From positions 1 through 48,095 of the IMG/VR virus record IMGVR_UViG_3300005764_000025: a stretch of DNA of 48,095 bases. One strand, written 5' to 3'. This stretch comes from a virus (taxonomy: Duplodnaviria; Caudoviricetes). Below are positions 34,401 to 44,636 of this stretch, piece by piece (position 1 is the first letter of the stretch; the number at the start of each line of letters is the position of its first letter). A model generated the notes under the pieces. The model was not told the origin of the DNA, did not search any database, and saw only the letters and a list, made by a program, of their open reading frames with translations. The translations under genes and the position numbers were made by a program.

Positions 34401-35678
34401 TATCAGGTCAGGTATGCGTTAACGGATGCGCTCTATCCCGGCGATCCCGGCGATGCGCTCTATCCCGGCGAATACACCTTTGACCTCGCGCAGAGCTACT
34501 CCTACCGCGCCGATGGCACGCTGATGACGTTCGCCGTGCTTTCCGGCAAGCTTCCGTGCAATCTGTTCATCCCGAATTGCGGCGCCGTGGGCGTGAAGAA
34601 GGGCAATATCACGCGCTCCAGCACGGGCGGCTCGATCCCCGGCGGGACCACGCTCTATGCCCAAGTCTGCGCCGTGGATGCGACCGGACGCTACAGCCCT
34701 CCCTCGGAGGTCCTCGTCCTCAAAGTTCCGGTGGGCACGGATACCAATACGATCACGCTCAATGGGATTCAGTGGCCGGCGTTCACGGGCCTCACCGGAT
34801 GGGTCCTCTTCGCCAGCGACACGGAAGACCTGATCTGCGGTCAGGCAAACGGCACGGGCCAGCCGGCGTCGATCACGCTCACCGGGCCGCTCCAGCGGTC
34901 CACCTATGCGGTTCCCGATTTCGATCTGATGACGCTCCGCTTGCGAGCTCAGGTGCTCATCCACGGCGGCGTCATCGGCGCTCCGGTGACCGGAACGACG
35001 GACTCGATGATCATCTCTTCCGATTGCGTGGATGCCGCCGGGACCGACGATTGGACCGGCCGCGTGCTCACGATCATCGGGCGGCAACTGGGCGACGGGC
35101 GTGCGCCATATCGCAACTTCAATATTCGTGGCTTCGATCCGACCAATGGCGAATTCAGCGTGGACTGCAATCCGGAAGCGGCCGGCGTTCAGGTGGGCGA
35201 CGTGTTCGTGGTCTGCATCAAGGGCGTGGACAATTCTGCGAATCCATATGTGGTGAGCGATCCAGGCCTGAGCAATGCGACCAACATTCCGCCGCACACC
35301 GGAGAAGCGCTTAACGATCCCACCAGAGTGGGCCAGATCGTGCGCGTGATCGCCGGCAAGAGCCGCGGGATGCAGGCGAAAATCATATCGAACGGCGCGA
35401 CCGATTACACGCTCGATCAGCCGCTTCCGATTGATGCGACCTCGATCTGGATCGTCACGGACCACGGCTGGGCGTATTCTAAGAACATTCCGGTTACCAA
35501 CGCTGACCCGACCCAGATGACGATCTCGGCGCTCGAGATCGACAACTTCCTGGGCATCTCTCTACTGATCGAGGGGATCACCATCGATGAAGAAGCCATC
35601 GAGGTGGACGACACCAACGCATGTGTGAGGATGCTTTACATCCCCGGCGTGCAGGGCACGAACACGGTAGCGACGTAG
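31464..35678 (+). CDS. Tail tip/hub protein (fused gpM/gpL/gpJ-like domains)
   Basis: TGATG coupling; C..C..C..C cluster (RQCW...CPW...SCD...GC) like the gpL Fe-S motif; TNPFW and GKLKL segments. Confidence 0.75.
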   Translation: MADSIGRIPVPTPTPSNLVFGQRADGSMMRSEYGYGMTQDWKVIEHRFGELATLGTQRYGIGSGARHFQYVKSSLSYMDRDYLQNFYNAVQGSYQSFLYPVPNPDRQTFTNYRVIFDAPPLSVTDLSNRCQTGMTFIEVIDPASVNPLNVTSYCTRFPSSALQTALASQVQIIVPLVHIKVRNTAVPDIWLSDRRIILNGVPNAPSQVTYLPRLLSVGVPGTNDVIMSQSIDGRSDNVRFVFGNADRVMAKLVNDCSLEFAEIDLCLYHVNSGILLQLWQGIILSWQLDGSAQFSIQCSDGLYPITQSYPRRVISRQCWKPFNQDTVPGFRPCPWSTAGGGKGNPSSCDYFYNSTNGCLSHGMSNYFGGHPEQPQSVVIKDQGGMHIMGFGRDWVTATSILSDSIWGKPLAEIWCNDGGTPQRAYWSNCDIAAVREESDYYDILGIVGAGPIGAYEGMSVQTNADGYKFIVAPTADGFHPQGFETDSDLNITGYHPTLGLRQSVGYDPAMLGADPTQGVDAFSLGAGSPQRWDLPDANYSNCGVPNRIIPYAAGTAVCEIRYPKSAGQGVTPTTAESHNMQVPISKGLYGSTFDPAGTRTYAPGVTNPFWVAANTYLRALGIDHADPATQLRYLLLDSLTRSDGMGCADIADLWVDPLVHGPVMYTYDISPTGAALTSFNLDHNNNTFSWQDSTGKTQTIPVYDAIQAGYVSIVSQPDKERQFQFQGQLADFKPFRDWLTEILNCALGYFCFEFGKLKLGIRYSAVPVDTYGLGSMLYQSLNLAPISSTFEYLKLTFANVALQYQQDLAEYQDKDHAAYYGRAGAPLTSSMRSVGTASLSQALRVAVSRTREEIGGILRTDQSNPYIEWDNNKRAEFKTTLLGLSNEIGQVISITHPDLPTYPGAHPGSRPGSNGPFQANTWPFRIKRYMLHSDWSVTIQADSCVDSMYDLEVGPQPVGAVPQPLPVLFYPEPLGQWAPYQVRYALTDALYPGDPGDALYPGEYTFDLAQSYSYRADGTLMTFAVLSGKLPCNLFIPNCGAVGVKKGNITRSSTGGSIPGGTTLYAQVCAVDATGRYSPPSEVLVLKVPVGTDTNTITLNGIQWPAFTGLTGWVLFASDTEDLICGQANGTGQPASITLTGPLQRSTYAVPDFDLMTLRLRAQVLIHGGVIGAPVTGTTDSMIISSDCVDAAGTDDWTGRVLTIIGRQLGDGRAPYRNFNIRGFDPTNGEFSVDCNPEAAGVQVGDVFVVCIKGVDNSANPYVVSDPGLSNATNIPPHTGEALNDPTRVGQIVRVIAGKSRGMQAKIISNGATDYTLDQPLPIDATSIWIVTDHGWAYSKNIPVTNADPTQMTISALEIDNFLGISLLIEGITIDEEAIEVDDTNACVRMLYIPGVQGTNTVAT

Positions 35679-35679
35679 T

Positions 35680-38600
35680 ATGCCGCTCGACTACACTTTT
35701 CGCAAGATCGACCGGCTGATCCGATTCGACACCACGAATCAGGGCGCCGTCGCGACTCTATTGCCGTTCGCGCAGACGCCGAACCAGGAATTCGAAGTTC
35801 AGAAGATTTCCGCTGACACGAACACGGTTATCGTTCAGGTCGATCCCACTACGAGCGATTTCTTTCCCGGCAATACCTCAAGCGTCACGCTCACGGACAA
35901 TACGACGAACTACATGGTCCGAATCAAAATCCCCGGCGATGGTAGTTCGCCAGCTCTGGTGACCGGAGGGCTTCCCGGCGGATCAGTTCCTCCACCGCCC
36001 GCCGCCTTTCCTGAACCGCCGCCCGTGACGATCGGGGATAGCTGGTCCGGTGAGACGGAGGACGAGCAGATCGAATGCGTAGTGAAGTGGATACCGGATG
36101 CCACCGCCACGGTGGACAATTTCTCGGGCCTGAAGATCTACGTCGAAGACCCGGATATCTCCGACAAGGGCAACGCGCCGCTCGACGGCACTACGCCGCT
36201 CGACGGCACGAGCGGCAAAGCCGGAACCTGGAACCCGGTTCGATTTGCCGACAATGATGAATCGCCGGTCGATATTACGATTCCCGGCAAACCTGTCTGG
36301 CGACCCGTTCGCATCTATCTGCTCTCCTATAGTCCCAACAAGACCGCGAAGTTCGTACAGGCTAACAGACCGAGTCCGACGCCTAGCGTGCGTCTCGGCA
36401 TCGGCGGCGTAATCGGGGAATACGTCAGCGGCGCCGAACATGCGTGGCTCGTGACCAACGTTTCCGCTACGGATACGGACAACTTTGACGATCCCGCCGG
36501 CCCTACGTATCATCTCGATTTCAGTTATGACAAGCCGGATTCCTCCATCCCCCTGCCGAAGGGGCTGAAGCCGTTCGGCGGCGTCCAGATCACTTACGAA
36601 TACGATGATGGGAGCCGTGAACAGGGGCCGTTCCTGCCGGTCGATAAGCAGGAGGAGTGGCACACCAAGCAGATCGCAATCGGCTCCACGCAGCACTACA
36701 TCGTCTGGTTTCGCTCCGTAGATATCGACAGTAACGTCAATACCATCGTCAAAGGCCTCACGCCATCCGTGGAAGTGACGGTCATCTATCCGCCCGCGGG
36801 ACAGGCGACCACGCCGGATGTGACGGGTTTTGCGCTCTCGAATTACCGTCACGAAGTGGAAGCAGACGGCACGGATTTTGCGCTGGCGGATCTGACATGG
36901 ACGCCGCCTGACAGCGTGCGCTTCGCATCCGTTTCGTTCTATCGCGTCGATCAGCAGCCGCCGCGCCTCTTTCCTCCGAGTCCTCTGCCAGCGAATGTCA
37001 CTCACACCACGCTCTGGGTCAACGACTGGCCGAAGACCACGCAACCGTGGACGATCGCCGCGATCTCGACGGACTACAACGGCAAGATGAGCGCGGACCC
37101 GACGAAACCGTTACCAGCTCGCGTGCCAACGGTCGTCTGGAATATCGGGCCACCGGGGCTTGGCTCGACCGGCGGCGAATACACCACGTTTGTGGGGATC
37201 GCCGGCGTCACCATCGTCACGGAGCAGCAGATGAGCAACGATGGCGTACAACTGATGCGCCATCACATCAAGGGGTGGACGAATCCCACGGACAATTCAT
37301 TCGGGGGCGTCAGCATTGCGCGAGTGATCGCAGGAACGCTCTCTGATTCCTCGCTCGCCGGCACGGGACCGAAATATTGGGACGCCGCCAAGAGCGACAC
37401 CAGTCTCGACACCGAATGGGAAGCGGCGCCGGGAGCGCGTTCGTGGGACTTCTATTTCGTCTCACGCGACATGGCCGGCCACAAGAACACGATCCTCCCC
37501 GGCGTCACGCCACGCATCACGCATCCCTTCACGCCAATACCGGGACAGATCGTGCCTTCGCGCCTGCCTAGCGGATGGTGGAACGAAGACGAGTTCTCCT
37601 GGCCGTCGCAGACCGATCCGGCGGTGGACTTCAGCGTGAAGGCCATCGTGTCTCCCAAGATTTTCGTAGGCTCGATCCTGCGCGTAGGCGGCGGCAACAT
37701 TTCCGATACGGGAACGGCAGATAAACCAGGATACGTGCCGGGAACCAAACCCAGTTTCGGCGCCGCCCAGAACGGCCAGATCGCGGTTTACAACAACGCG
37801 AACGTGCTTCGCGCCTGGATGGGCCAGCAGGATCACACGACACCGCCAGCCGAAAGTTCCCCGCGGTCTGTGTATGGCGGTTGGTTTGCGGAACTCTATG
37901 TGGGCGGCAACGGTCCTGACACCGCGCCGATTTACGCGAATCAAGCAGGAACCGTGATTGTTGGCGGCTGGGATGTGAAAGGCTCCAGCTACCCGTACAT
38001 CAGCATTCGCGACAATACCAACCTGGAAGTCGGACGCATGGGCGCGAAGGTCGCGCAAGGCGTGCCGGGAGTGGGGCCGGAAGCGGTGAATCTGGCTGGC
38101 GCCTGGTTCCAGCAATTGGGCATCGGAGGGCAAAACCTTGCGGACTGGCGCATCCTGGCCCGCTATGATTCGACCGTCGCCGGCAACAACAACGTGAGTC
38201 TGCGCCAGATCAACAAATTCACGATCGATTATCAGCAGAACTACCCGTCGAGCACGAATCCCACAAACTACCCGGTGCATCTCGAATACGGCTATGACGC
38301 CTTTGTGGCGGAAGCGGCGAATACTTCCTACTGGAAACATCCCGGCATCAGCCTGAGCGATAGCAACAAGCCAAACCAAAAACTCGCCATTATCACACGC
38401 GGCATCATCGCCTACGGGCCTGATGGCTACCGCAAGTGCGCCATCTACGCCTGGAACGGCGACCAGTTCGGCTCCGACAGCGGATCGCAGTGGTGGGGCG
38501 AGATGACGCTCTATTCAACCTCGAATAATCCCGTGGTCCTGATCTCCGCGAACGACGGCGGTCACGCGAACAGTAGCTACCTGAAGATGTACGACAGCAC

Positions 38601-39171
38601 GGCCAGCCCTTCCGGCCTCAACTTTTCTGTGGATGGCGTGGGAAACGTCTTTGTGCGCGGCGGTCTTCAGGTAGGCGGAGCGCTCCAACTCACCGGCCCA
38701 TCTGCGTCATTCTCCGTGGTGGGTCCGATTTCCGGAACGAGTTTCACGGCCATCGGCGGCGGCGCTCTTGTGGGCGGTTCGCTCAACGTGGGATCGGGAA
38801 ATATCACATGCGGCAACGTCAACGCCGCCGGCTATACCATTGCCTGCTACCAGATCAATGCCACTAATCGGTTTCAGGGCGGCGACTTCTATGGATCGAA
38901 TGTCAACGTCTCCACGGTCACGTCGAGTGGGCTGGTCAAGGGCAGCAGTTTCGCCACGAGCAGTCTGACAGTCATCGACACGAGCGGCAATTTTGTAGGC
39001 AACAGTGTCGATATCGGGACCGGCATCATTCGGGCAGGAACGTATCGGGCTTTCATCGGAGGGATCACCTATAATCCCGTGAATTACGATTCCTTTATGA
39101 CCGGAGACGGGAGATACGTTCATGTGCGGGCAGGAATCATCGTCAAAATCGGGGATGCGACTCCCCCATAA
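35680..39171 (+). CDS. Tail fibre / host-specificity protein
   Basis: 1163 aa; FN3-like repeats and Gly/Asn/Ser-rich beta C-terminus. Confidence 0.7.
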   Translation: MPLDYTFRKIDRLIRFDTTNQGAVATLLPFAQTPNQEFEVQKISADTNTVIVQVDPTTSDFFPGNTSSVTLTDNTTNYMVRIKIPGDGSSPALVTGGLPGGSVPPPPAAFPEPPPVTIGDSWSGETEDEQIECVVKWIPDATATVDNFSGLKIYVEDPDISDKGNAPLDGTTPLDGTSGKAGTWNPVRFADNDESPVDITIPGKPVWRPVRIYLLSYSPNKTAKFVQANRPSPTPSVRLGIGGVIGEYVSGAEHAWLVTNVSATDTDNFDDPAGPTYHLDFSYDKPDSSIPLPKGLKPFGGVQITYEYDDGSREQGPFLPVDKQEEWHTKQIAIGSTQHYIVWFRSVDIDSNVNTIVKGLTPSVEVTVIYPPAGQATTPDVTGFALSNYRHEVEADGTDFALADLTWTPPDSVRFASVSFYRVDQQPPRLFPPSPLPANVTHTTLWVNDWPKTTQPWTIAAISTDYNGKMSADPTKPLPARVPTVVWNIGPPGLGSTGGEYTTFVGIAGVTIVTEQQMSNDGVQLMRHHIKGWTNPTDNSFGGVSIARVIAGTLSDSSLAGTGPKYWDAAKSDTSLDTEWEAAPGARSWDFYFVSRDMAGHKNTILPGVTPRITHPFTPIPGQIVPSRLPSGWWNEDEFSWPSQTDPAVDFSVKAIVSPKIFVGSILRVGGGNISDTGTADKPGYVPGTKPSFGAAQNGQIAVYNNANVLRAWMGQQDHTTPPAESSPRSVYGGWFAELYVGGNGPDTAPIYANQAGTVIVGGWDVKGSSYPYISIRDNTNLEVGRMGAKVAQGVPGVGPEAVNLAGAWFQQLGIGGQNLADWRILARYDSTVAGNNNVSLRQINKFTIDYQQNYPSSTNPTNYPVHLEYGYDAFVAEAANTSYWKHPGISLSDSNKPNQKLAIITRGIIAYGPDGYRKCAIYAWNGDQFGSDSGSQWWGEMTLYSTSNNPVVLISANDGGHANSSYLKMYDSTASPSGLNFSVDGVGNVFVRGGLQVGGALQLTGPSASFSVVGPISGTSFTAIGGGALVGGSLNVGSGNITCGNVNAAGYTIACYQINATNRFQGGDFYGSNVNVSTVTSSGLVKGSSFATSSLTVIDTSGNFVGNSVDIGTGIIRAGTYRAFIGGITYNPVNYDSFMTGDGRYVHVRAGIIVKIGDATPP

Positions 39172-39180
39172 AGGAGAACC

Positions 39181-39489
39181 ATGCAAAAAGCATTTTCACT
39201 ACAACCGAATGAACTTCAGCAGAGTCAGGCGCTCGAAAGCGAACGGCTCGAGCTTTTGGCGCAACTCGGCTCGATGCAACTTGAGAACGAGCGCATCCGC
39301 GCACGGCTCCCGCAAGTGATCGAACTACAGAGAAAACTGGTGCAAGGGGCGGTTCAGCGCCTCGGCATTGAGCGGTATAACGTGGCGCATATCGACCGGA
39401 CCAACGTGATCGTGGACCTTCCGGACGAGCAAGCGTCTCTTCCGACAACTGATGAGAACGCGCACCCCAATGGCGTAGCGAAACTGTAG
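39181..39489 (+). CDS. Coiled-coil fibre-associated protein
   Basis: AAGGAG SD; Gln/Leu-rich. Confidence 0.65.
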   Translation: MQKAFSLQPNELQQSQALESERLELLAQLGSMQLENERIRARLPQVIELQRKLVQGAVQRLGIERYNVAHIDRTNVIVDLPDEQASLPTTDENAHPNGVAKL

Positions 39490-39498
39490 GAGGTTCCC

Positions 39499-42400
39499 GT
39501 GCCCCCAACGAGCAAAGTCGTCTCGACCACGCCGCGGGCAACTCCCACCAGCACGAGTTGGCTCTCGCGCATCGATTTCGCGCCCAGCGATTACCTCCAT
39601 GCGAATGACCTGAACTCTTTAGGCCTGGACATTAGAAACTGGGGCGGCGACGTGAATGCCGGCGGCTATCGGCTCACCAACGTGGTGTTCGATGGCTCGG
39701 GCTCATTCCAGTACTACACAAGCCCCGTCGAGATCACGCCGGGAACGGATTCGCAATCGATCACACAATACGCCGCTGCGGGCTCACCGAATCCCGTAGT
39801 CCGCTGGAGCGCAGGCAAGGACGCCACTGCCGAGAGCGGCAGCAATGCGGGCAGCAACTATGCCATCAGCCGCTACTCGGACACGGGCGTTCTCATTGAC
39901 AAGCCGCTCTCGATCGATCGCGCTTCCGGCGTCATCTCGCTCGGCCAGCAACTCTGGACTGCCCCGATCAACGGCAACGGCCAGACCCTCAACAACGTGG
40001 TAATCCCCGGCGTGCTCACCGATCCGACCTCCGCCAAAGGTGAAATGCTCGCGCGCGGCGCCACCGCACTGATGAAGGTCCCGGTTGGGGTGGACGGCTA
40101 CGCTCTCTTTGCCGATTCGAGCCAACCGATGGGCGTGCGCTGGGCGCCGAATACCGGAGCGGTGAGTTCGGTATTCGGGCGAACCGGGGCCGTTGTCGCG
40201 ACCGCCGGCGATTATACCGCGGCGCAGATCACCAATGCCATCTCATCGGCGCTCTCCTACGCGGACCCGGCCTGGATCACCAGTCTCGCCTGGTCGAAGA
40301 TCGCGGGCGCCCCCAGCTTTGCTCTGTCCGCAACCCATGTATTCGCCGGCGCTGGCATGAGTGGCGGTGGCCCCATCAGCGCGGACGTGACACTCAACGC
40401 GAACGTGACGACCGTCTTTGGGCGAACAGGCGATGTGGTTTTGACCTCGGGCGATCTCGCTGGCGCGGGCGGCGTCCCTTCAACCCGACAGGTGATTGCC
40501 GGGGCCGGCATGACTGGCGGCGGCGCGCTCTCCGCGGATGTGACGCTGAATGCGGCAGTGACCTCTGTATTCGGGCGAACCGGCGCGGTCACACTGACCA
40601 GCACGGATATCACCACGGCAGGCGGCGTGCCCACAACGCGCACACTGACTGCCGGAACCGGCCTCACGGGCGGCGGCGATCTGAGCGCGAACCGGAGCTT
40701 CGCGGTAGTCGATGACACCACTACCCAGAAGATCCGCGCGAGCCAGAACGGAACCTTCGCCGCGAATCGGCGCGAGATCAACTTTATCGCCGGCTCGAAT
40801 ATTTCGATCAGCGTGAGCGATATTGCGGCAAACAACCGCATGGACGTGTCGATCTCGGCTTCCGGCGGCGTCTCGCCGGGGCCAATCGATCCGACGACCA
40901 CATTGGGCGACATGATTGTCCGCAGTTCGACGGCGCTTTCGCGACTTCCCGTGGGAACGGACGGCCAGGTTGTAACCGCCGATTCTACTCAGCCACTGGG
41001 CGTGCGCTGGGCAGTTCCTACCACCGGGATGAGCCAGAGTCCGTGGGTGAGCGATATCGATGCGGCAGGCCATTCGCTAGGTAATGTTGGCTCGATTACT
41101 GCGAGCGGTTTGATTAAATCCACGAGCGGCGGCATCGGCTTTCCGGATGCCACCATCCAGATGACGGCTGGCGTGCTTCCCTCGCGACAAGTGATTGCCG
41201 GCAGCGGTATGACCGGCGGCGGCGCACTCACAGCAGATGTGACGCTCAACGCCGCCGTAATATCAGTCTTTGGGCGAACCGGCACGGTCACATTGACCTC
41301 TGCGGATATCACAGCAGCCGGCGGCGTGCCTTCAACCCGCCAAGTCCTCGCTGGCAGCGGTATGACCGGCGGCGGCGCGTTGACTGCCGATGTAACGCTC
41401 TCGGCCAACGTGACGAGCGTATTCGGACGAACCGGCGCAGTAGTCCTGACCACGGGCGATATTACCGGCGCTGGCGGCATGGTAGACCCGACCACGACAA
41501 AGGGCGATCTGATCTCGCGAAGCTCAAGTGCCGTCTCACGATTGCCGATCAGCGCCACTGATGGACAGGTCCTGACTGTTGATTCAACGCAGACCTTGGG
41601 GATGAAGTGGGCCACCCCTGCAGCCCAACCACAAACACCGTGGACTGTCGATCATGATGCGGCTGGATACCGGCTGATTAATACCGGCAATGTCGGTCTG
41701 GGAACCTCCTCGCCTACGGCGCGACTTACCGTCAGCACAAATGCGGCTACGCTTCCAGGGCCACCGTCTGGAACCGTTGTGCATGTCGGCGCAATCGACT
41801 CGGGAACGCCGCGCATCGTGCTCGACGGGTTCGGCGGCATCCCCACGTTCGCGGCCCGCATGGCACTCGGGACGGCGGCGTCACCGTCCGCTGTTACGTC
41901 TGGGCTCACGCTCGGGATATTCGGCGCTCTGGGGCGCGGCTCTGCGACTTATGCGACCTCAAGTCGCGGCCACATGAGCGTGTTCGCGGCGGAAAACTGG
42001 AGCGATAGCGTACAGGGGACGTATCTCACGTTTTCGACGACGGCGGCTACGACGTTGACCACTACGGAGAAAATGCGGATCACGGATGCGGGCAACGTGG
42101 GGATCGGAACAAGTATAGCGCCGACTGGGTTTCCCCAAACGGGCACATCCTATCTCACGGTGAAGGGTTCCACGACCTTTGGCGCACTTGAAATGATGAC
42201 GGGAGAGGCAGACGCGGATGGTTCTGTGATCGGCGCTCTAACTTTTACAGATCCGGTTAACAACCAGACCGATAAGCGCCTTGCTCTTATTGTTGGATCA
42301 CGAAGCGGATCTGCGGCTAATAATCGGGGCAGTGTCCTTAGCTTCCATACGCGGGCAGACGGCACAGCCGCTGTGTCGGAGCGGATGCGGATTAGCAACA

Positions 42401-43089
42401 CGGGCTTGGTTGGTATCAACAACAACGGTCCAGGGCGTCTACTCCATGTGCTTGGCTCGGGAACCGCTTCAACCGCCAACCAGATCACAATGCAAGGTTA
42501 TCGGGCGGCATTTGAACTGATGAACGCTGCGGCGAACCAAAACTACTATTTCGGTATCGATGACGCGGACGCAAGCAAGCTGAAGATTGGCATCGGTTAC
42601 TCGGTGAATCAGGGGCTTATACCGACTATTACGATGACTCCCGGACAGCCCGGCAATGTTGGAATCGGCGTTTCGCCGTCTTACAGGCTCGATATCTCGG
42701 GCGATGTGAACATTACGGGGACCTATCGTGTCAACGGCGCGGCGCTTGCGACGGGCGGCGGCGCGATCTCGTTTGCCAATTCGCGGAATCGCGCCACATC
42801 TGGTTACGGCGGCGATGGCACAGGAAACTGGGATGCGGCTTTTCAGAATGTCACCGGAAAGTGGCTATGGCTTGCGATTAGCGCATCCATGACCAATAAC
42901 GGATCGTTGAAATTGTTGGTAGGGGCCGGAAGCGCTCCTGACGCAAACACCGATCTCGTGAGTTGGTTCACGGCGCCTACGGCCTATGGCATCACAGTCT
43001 CGCTATTCGCGTGGGTGCCCCCGAATTACTACTATCGGCTTTTGCAAGGCAATGGTGGGAGTGTTTTCAGTTGGCGGGAATTTTGGTAG
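39499..43089 (+). CDS. Long tail fibre with internal repeats
   Basis: Repeated VTSVFGRTG, AG.GMTGGG.L, DPTT.KGD, GNVGIGT and MRI motifs. Confidence 0.85.
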   Translation: MPPTSKVVSTTPRATPTSTSWLSRIDFAPSDYLHANDLNSLGLDIRNWGGDVNAGGYRLTNVVFDGSGSFQYYTSPVEITPGTDSQSITQYAAAGSPNPVVRWSAGKDATAESGSNAGSNYAISRYSDTGVLIDKPLSIDRASGVISLGQQLWTAPINGNGQTLNNVVIPGVLTDPTSAKGEMLARGATALMKVPVGVDGYALFADSSQPMGVRWAPNTGAVSSVFGRTGAVVATAGDYTAAQITNAISSALSYADPAWITSLAWSKIAGAPSFALSATHVFAGAGMSGGGPISADVTLNANVTTVFGRTGDVVLTSGDLAGAGGVPSTRQVIAGAGMTGGGALSADVTLNAAVTSVFGRTGAVTLTSTDITTAGGVPTTRTLTAGTGLTGGGDLSANRSFAVVDDTTTQKIRASQNGTFAANRREINFIAGSNISISVSDIAANNRMDVSISASGGVSPGPIDPTTTLGDMIVRSSTALSRLPVGTDGQVVTADSTQPLGVRWAVPTTGMSQSPWVSDIDAAGHSLGNVGSITASGLIKSTSGGIGFPDATIQMTAGVLPSRQVIAGSGMTGGGALTADVTLNAAVISVFGRTGTVTLTSADITAAGGVPSTRQVLAGSGMTGGGALTADVTLSANVTSVFGRTGAVVLTTGDITGAGGMVDPTTTKGDLISRSSSAVSRLPISATDGQVLTVDSTQTLGMKWATPAAQPQTPWTVDHDAAGYRLINTGNVGLGTSSPTARLTVSTNAATLPGPPSGTVVHVGAIDSGTPRIVLDGFGGIPTFAARMALGTAASPSAVTSGLTLGIFGALGRGSATYATSSRGHMSVFAAENWSDSVQGTYLTFSTTAATTLTTTEKMRITDAGNVGIGTSIAPTGFPQTGTSYLTVKGSTTFGALEMMTGEADADGSVIGALTFTDPVNNQTDKRLALIVGSRSGSAANNRGSVLSFHTRADGTAAVSERMRISNTGLVGINNNGPGRLLHVLGSGTASTANQITMQGYRAAFELMNAAANQNYYFGIDDADASKLKIGIGYSVNQGLIPTITMTPGQPGNVGIGVSPSYRLDISGDVNITGTYRVNGAALATGGGAISFANSRNRATSGYGGDGTGNWDAAFQNVTGKWLWLAISASMTNNGSLKLLVGAGSAPDANTDLVSWFTAPTAYGITVSLFAWVPPNYYYRLLQGNGGSVFSWREFW

Positions 43090-43097
43090 GAGGAAAT

Positions 43098-43391
43098 ATG
43101 GCCCTGACTTACGATGAATCCGCGCAATTAATGAAAGACGCAACATTCATCGGGCGCGTGAAGGTGGCGTGTCTGAAATTCGCGGAATCAATTTTAAACG
43201 AAGCGACCAACGTCACGGCGCACAATGCCCGCGTGCGGTGGGCGCAAGAGTGCTACCGCAACCCGGATTATCAGGCGAATCAGATTACGCCGCCAACCGT
43301 GATGGACCCGAACGTTCAAGGCACAGGCTCGGCGGTGACTGATCCCGTGCTACAGGGCGCGGTCGAGGCAGTAATCAATCAGATTGTCTAA
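43098..43391 (+). CDS. Conserved phage protein (97 aa)
   Basis: AGGAGG SD; F.GRVKVA...H.AR..WA motif often seen after fibre genes. Confidence 0.7.
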   Translation: MALTYDESAQLMKDATFIGRVKVACLKFAESILNEATNVTAHNARVRWAQECYRNPDYQANQITPPTVMDPNVQGTGSAVTDPVLQGAVEAVINQIV

Positions 43392-43402
43392 CGGAGGTCT
43401 TC

Positions 43403-43831
43403 ATGCCGCTATCCAACCGTTTCGCCGCAATGGGCGAGTACTCGCGTTCGCCAGTCGTCCGCGACCGCAACTACGGCGGGCTCGCCGCATGGGCCGCAGG
43501 GCAGCTTCAGCAGCCCTCGCCACCGAATCCGGATGACACCTGGATACGGCTCCGCATTCTGGCGGAGCGCATCCCACAGACACCGGACGCCTATGTCCAG
43601 AAGCTCGGGCCGTACCTGCTCCAGACGAGCGATGTGGTCGATCACATTGCGGATCACCTGGCACCGTACCTCGAGGATGATCGAGCCGATGCGGTGCATA
43701 CGCAGATCACCGCCGCGATTCAGGCCGTGATGCCGCGGCTGGCCGCTTTCGAAGTTGGTAGTCCACAAATCGACCAGTGGCGCAAGGACAACGGCTTCCC
43801 CGCGCCGGCCGCGAACGGCTCCAAACCCTGA
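43403..43831 (+). CDS. Hypothetical protein (142 aa)
   Basis: GGAGGT SD. Confidence 0.65.
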   Translation: MPLSNRFAAMGEYSRSPVVRDRNYGGLAAWAAGQLQQPSPPNPDDTWIRLRILAERIPQTPDAYVQKLGPYLLQTSDVVDHIADHLAPYLEDDRADAVHTQITAAIQAVMPRLAAFEVGSPQIDQWRKDNGFPAPAANGSKP

Positions 43832-44090
43832 AGTGTCCACAATGGGGCAACGTGCCTGATATGGGCCAGGACTCTGTCTGCCTGCCTCTTGCCTCTCGCC
43901 TACCGCAGTTCAATCGGATGCGAAATTTACGGACGCGATCCTGTCTGCATAAACCCGATGGCGCCCCAGTTGCGATGCGGAGCACAGATACTCGGCTTTG
44001 GTGATCGTGTTCCCCTTCGGGAATCCAACAGAGATTTTCTACTCTGAAGCCGTGCGCCAATTCCTTGTAACTATAAGAGTCATAAGAATT

Positions 44091-44124
44091 TCTCGTTGAC
44101 AAACGAGAGTGCCAGGACTAATAT
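44091..44124 (+). promoter_or_regulatory. Strong sigma70 promoter with overlapping palindromic operator
   Basis: TTGACA (44096-44101), 17 nt, TAATAT (44119-44124); TCTCGTT-GACA-AACGAGA at 44091-44108. Confidence 0.75.
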
Positions 44125-44636
44125 TACGTTACAGAGCGCGGCTCCTAGTCCAAAGGGATTCACCTTAGTCTGAGGCGAGGACAAGCCGCCTACTCCCGTG
44201 CTGGTCACATCTCGTGGGGGAGATGTGTTTGCGCGAGAAAGCACACAGAGTTTTGTTGCAAATCTACCAGTATTGCCGTGCGCTCAGAAACGAAACGAGA
44301 CGTTCCTGGTTCCCTCTGAAGCGTGGCGCTGGATCGAGGAGGGAGCGGTGAATATCCTTTTAAATCACGGCTCGGATGGCTCCGGATAACTCCGCGTGTC
44401 ATTCGGAGTGATATTTCGAATGATATTTTCTCTGCCATTTATCGAGATACTGCGAATGTCACCATCAGTGACATAACTGCAAGCGCATCTGCCATTTAGA
44501 CCTCTTGACCCGTGCCCCCGAACGGATTTAGTATTCAAAACTGACGGCGCCATGAAGGCGGCATTTTCCCGATAACGGCGCCGGCGATCAACAACATGAC
44601 CGGCTTCGAAAAGCAAACCGCTCGGAGTGTGTCCGG

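Noticed and set aside
34424-34470. Short duplication GATGCGCTCTATCCCGGCGA x2
   Set aside because: In-frame 27-nt duplication (DALYPG twice) with no sign of wider function
42700-43900. Diversity-generating retroelement target at the fibre C-terminus
   Set aside because: No reverse transcriptase and no template/variable repeat pair seen in the window
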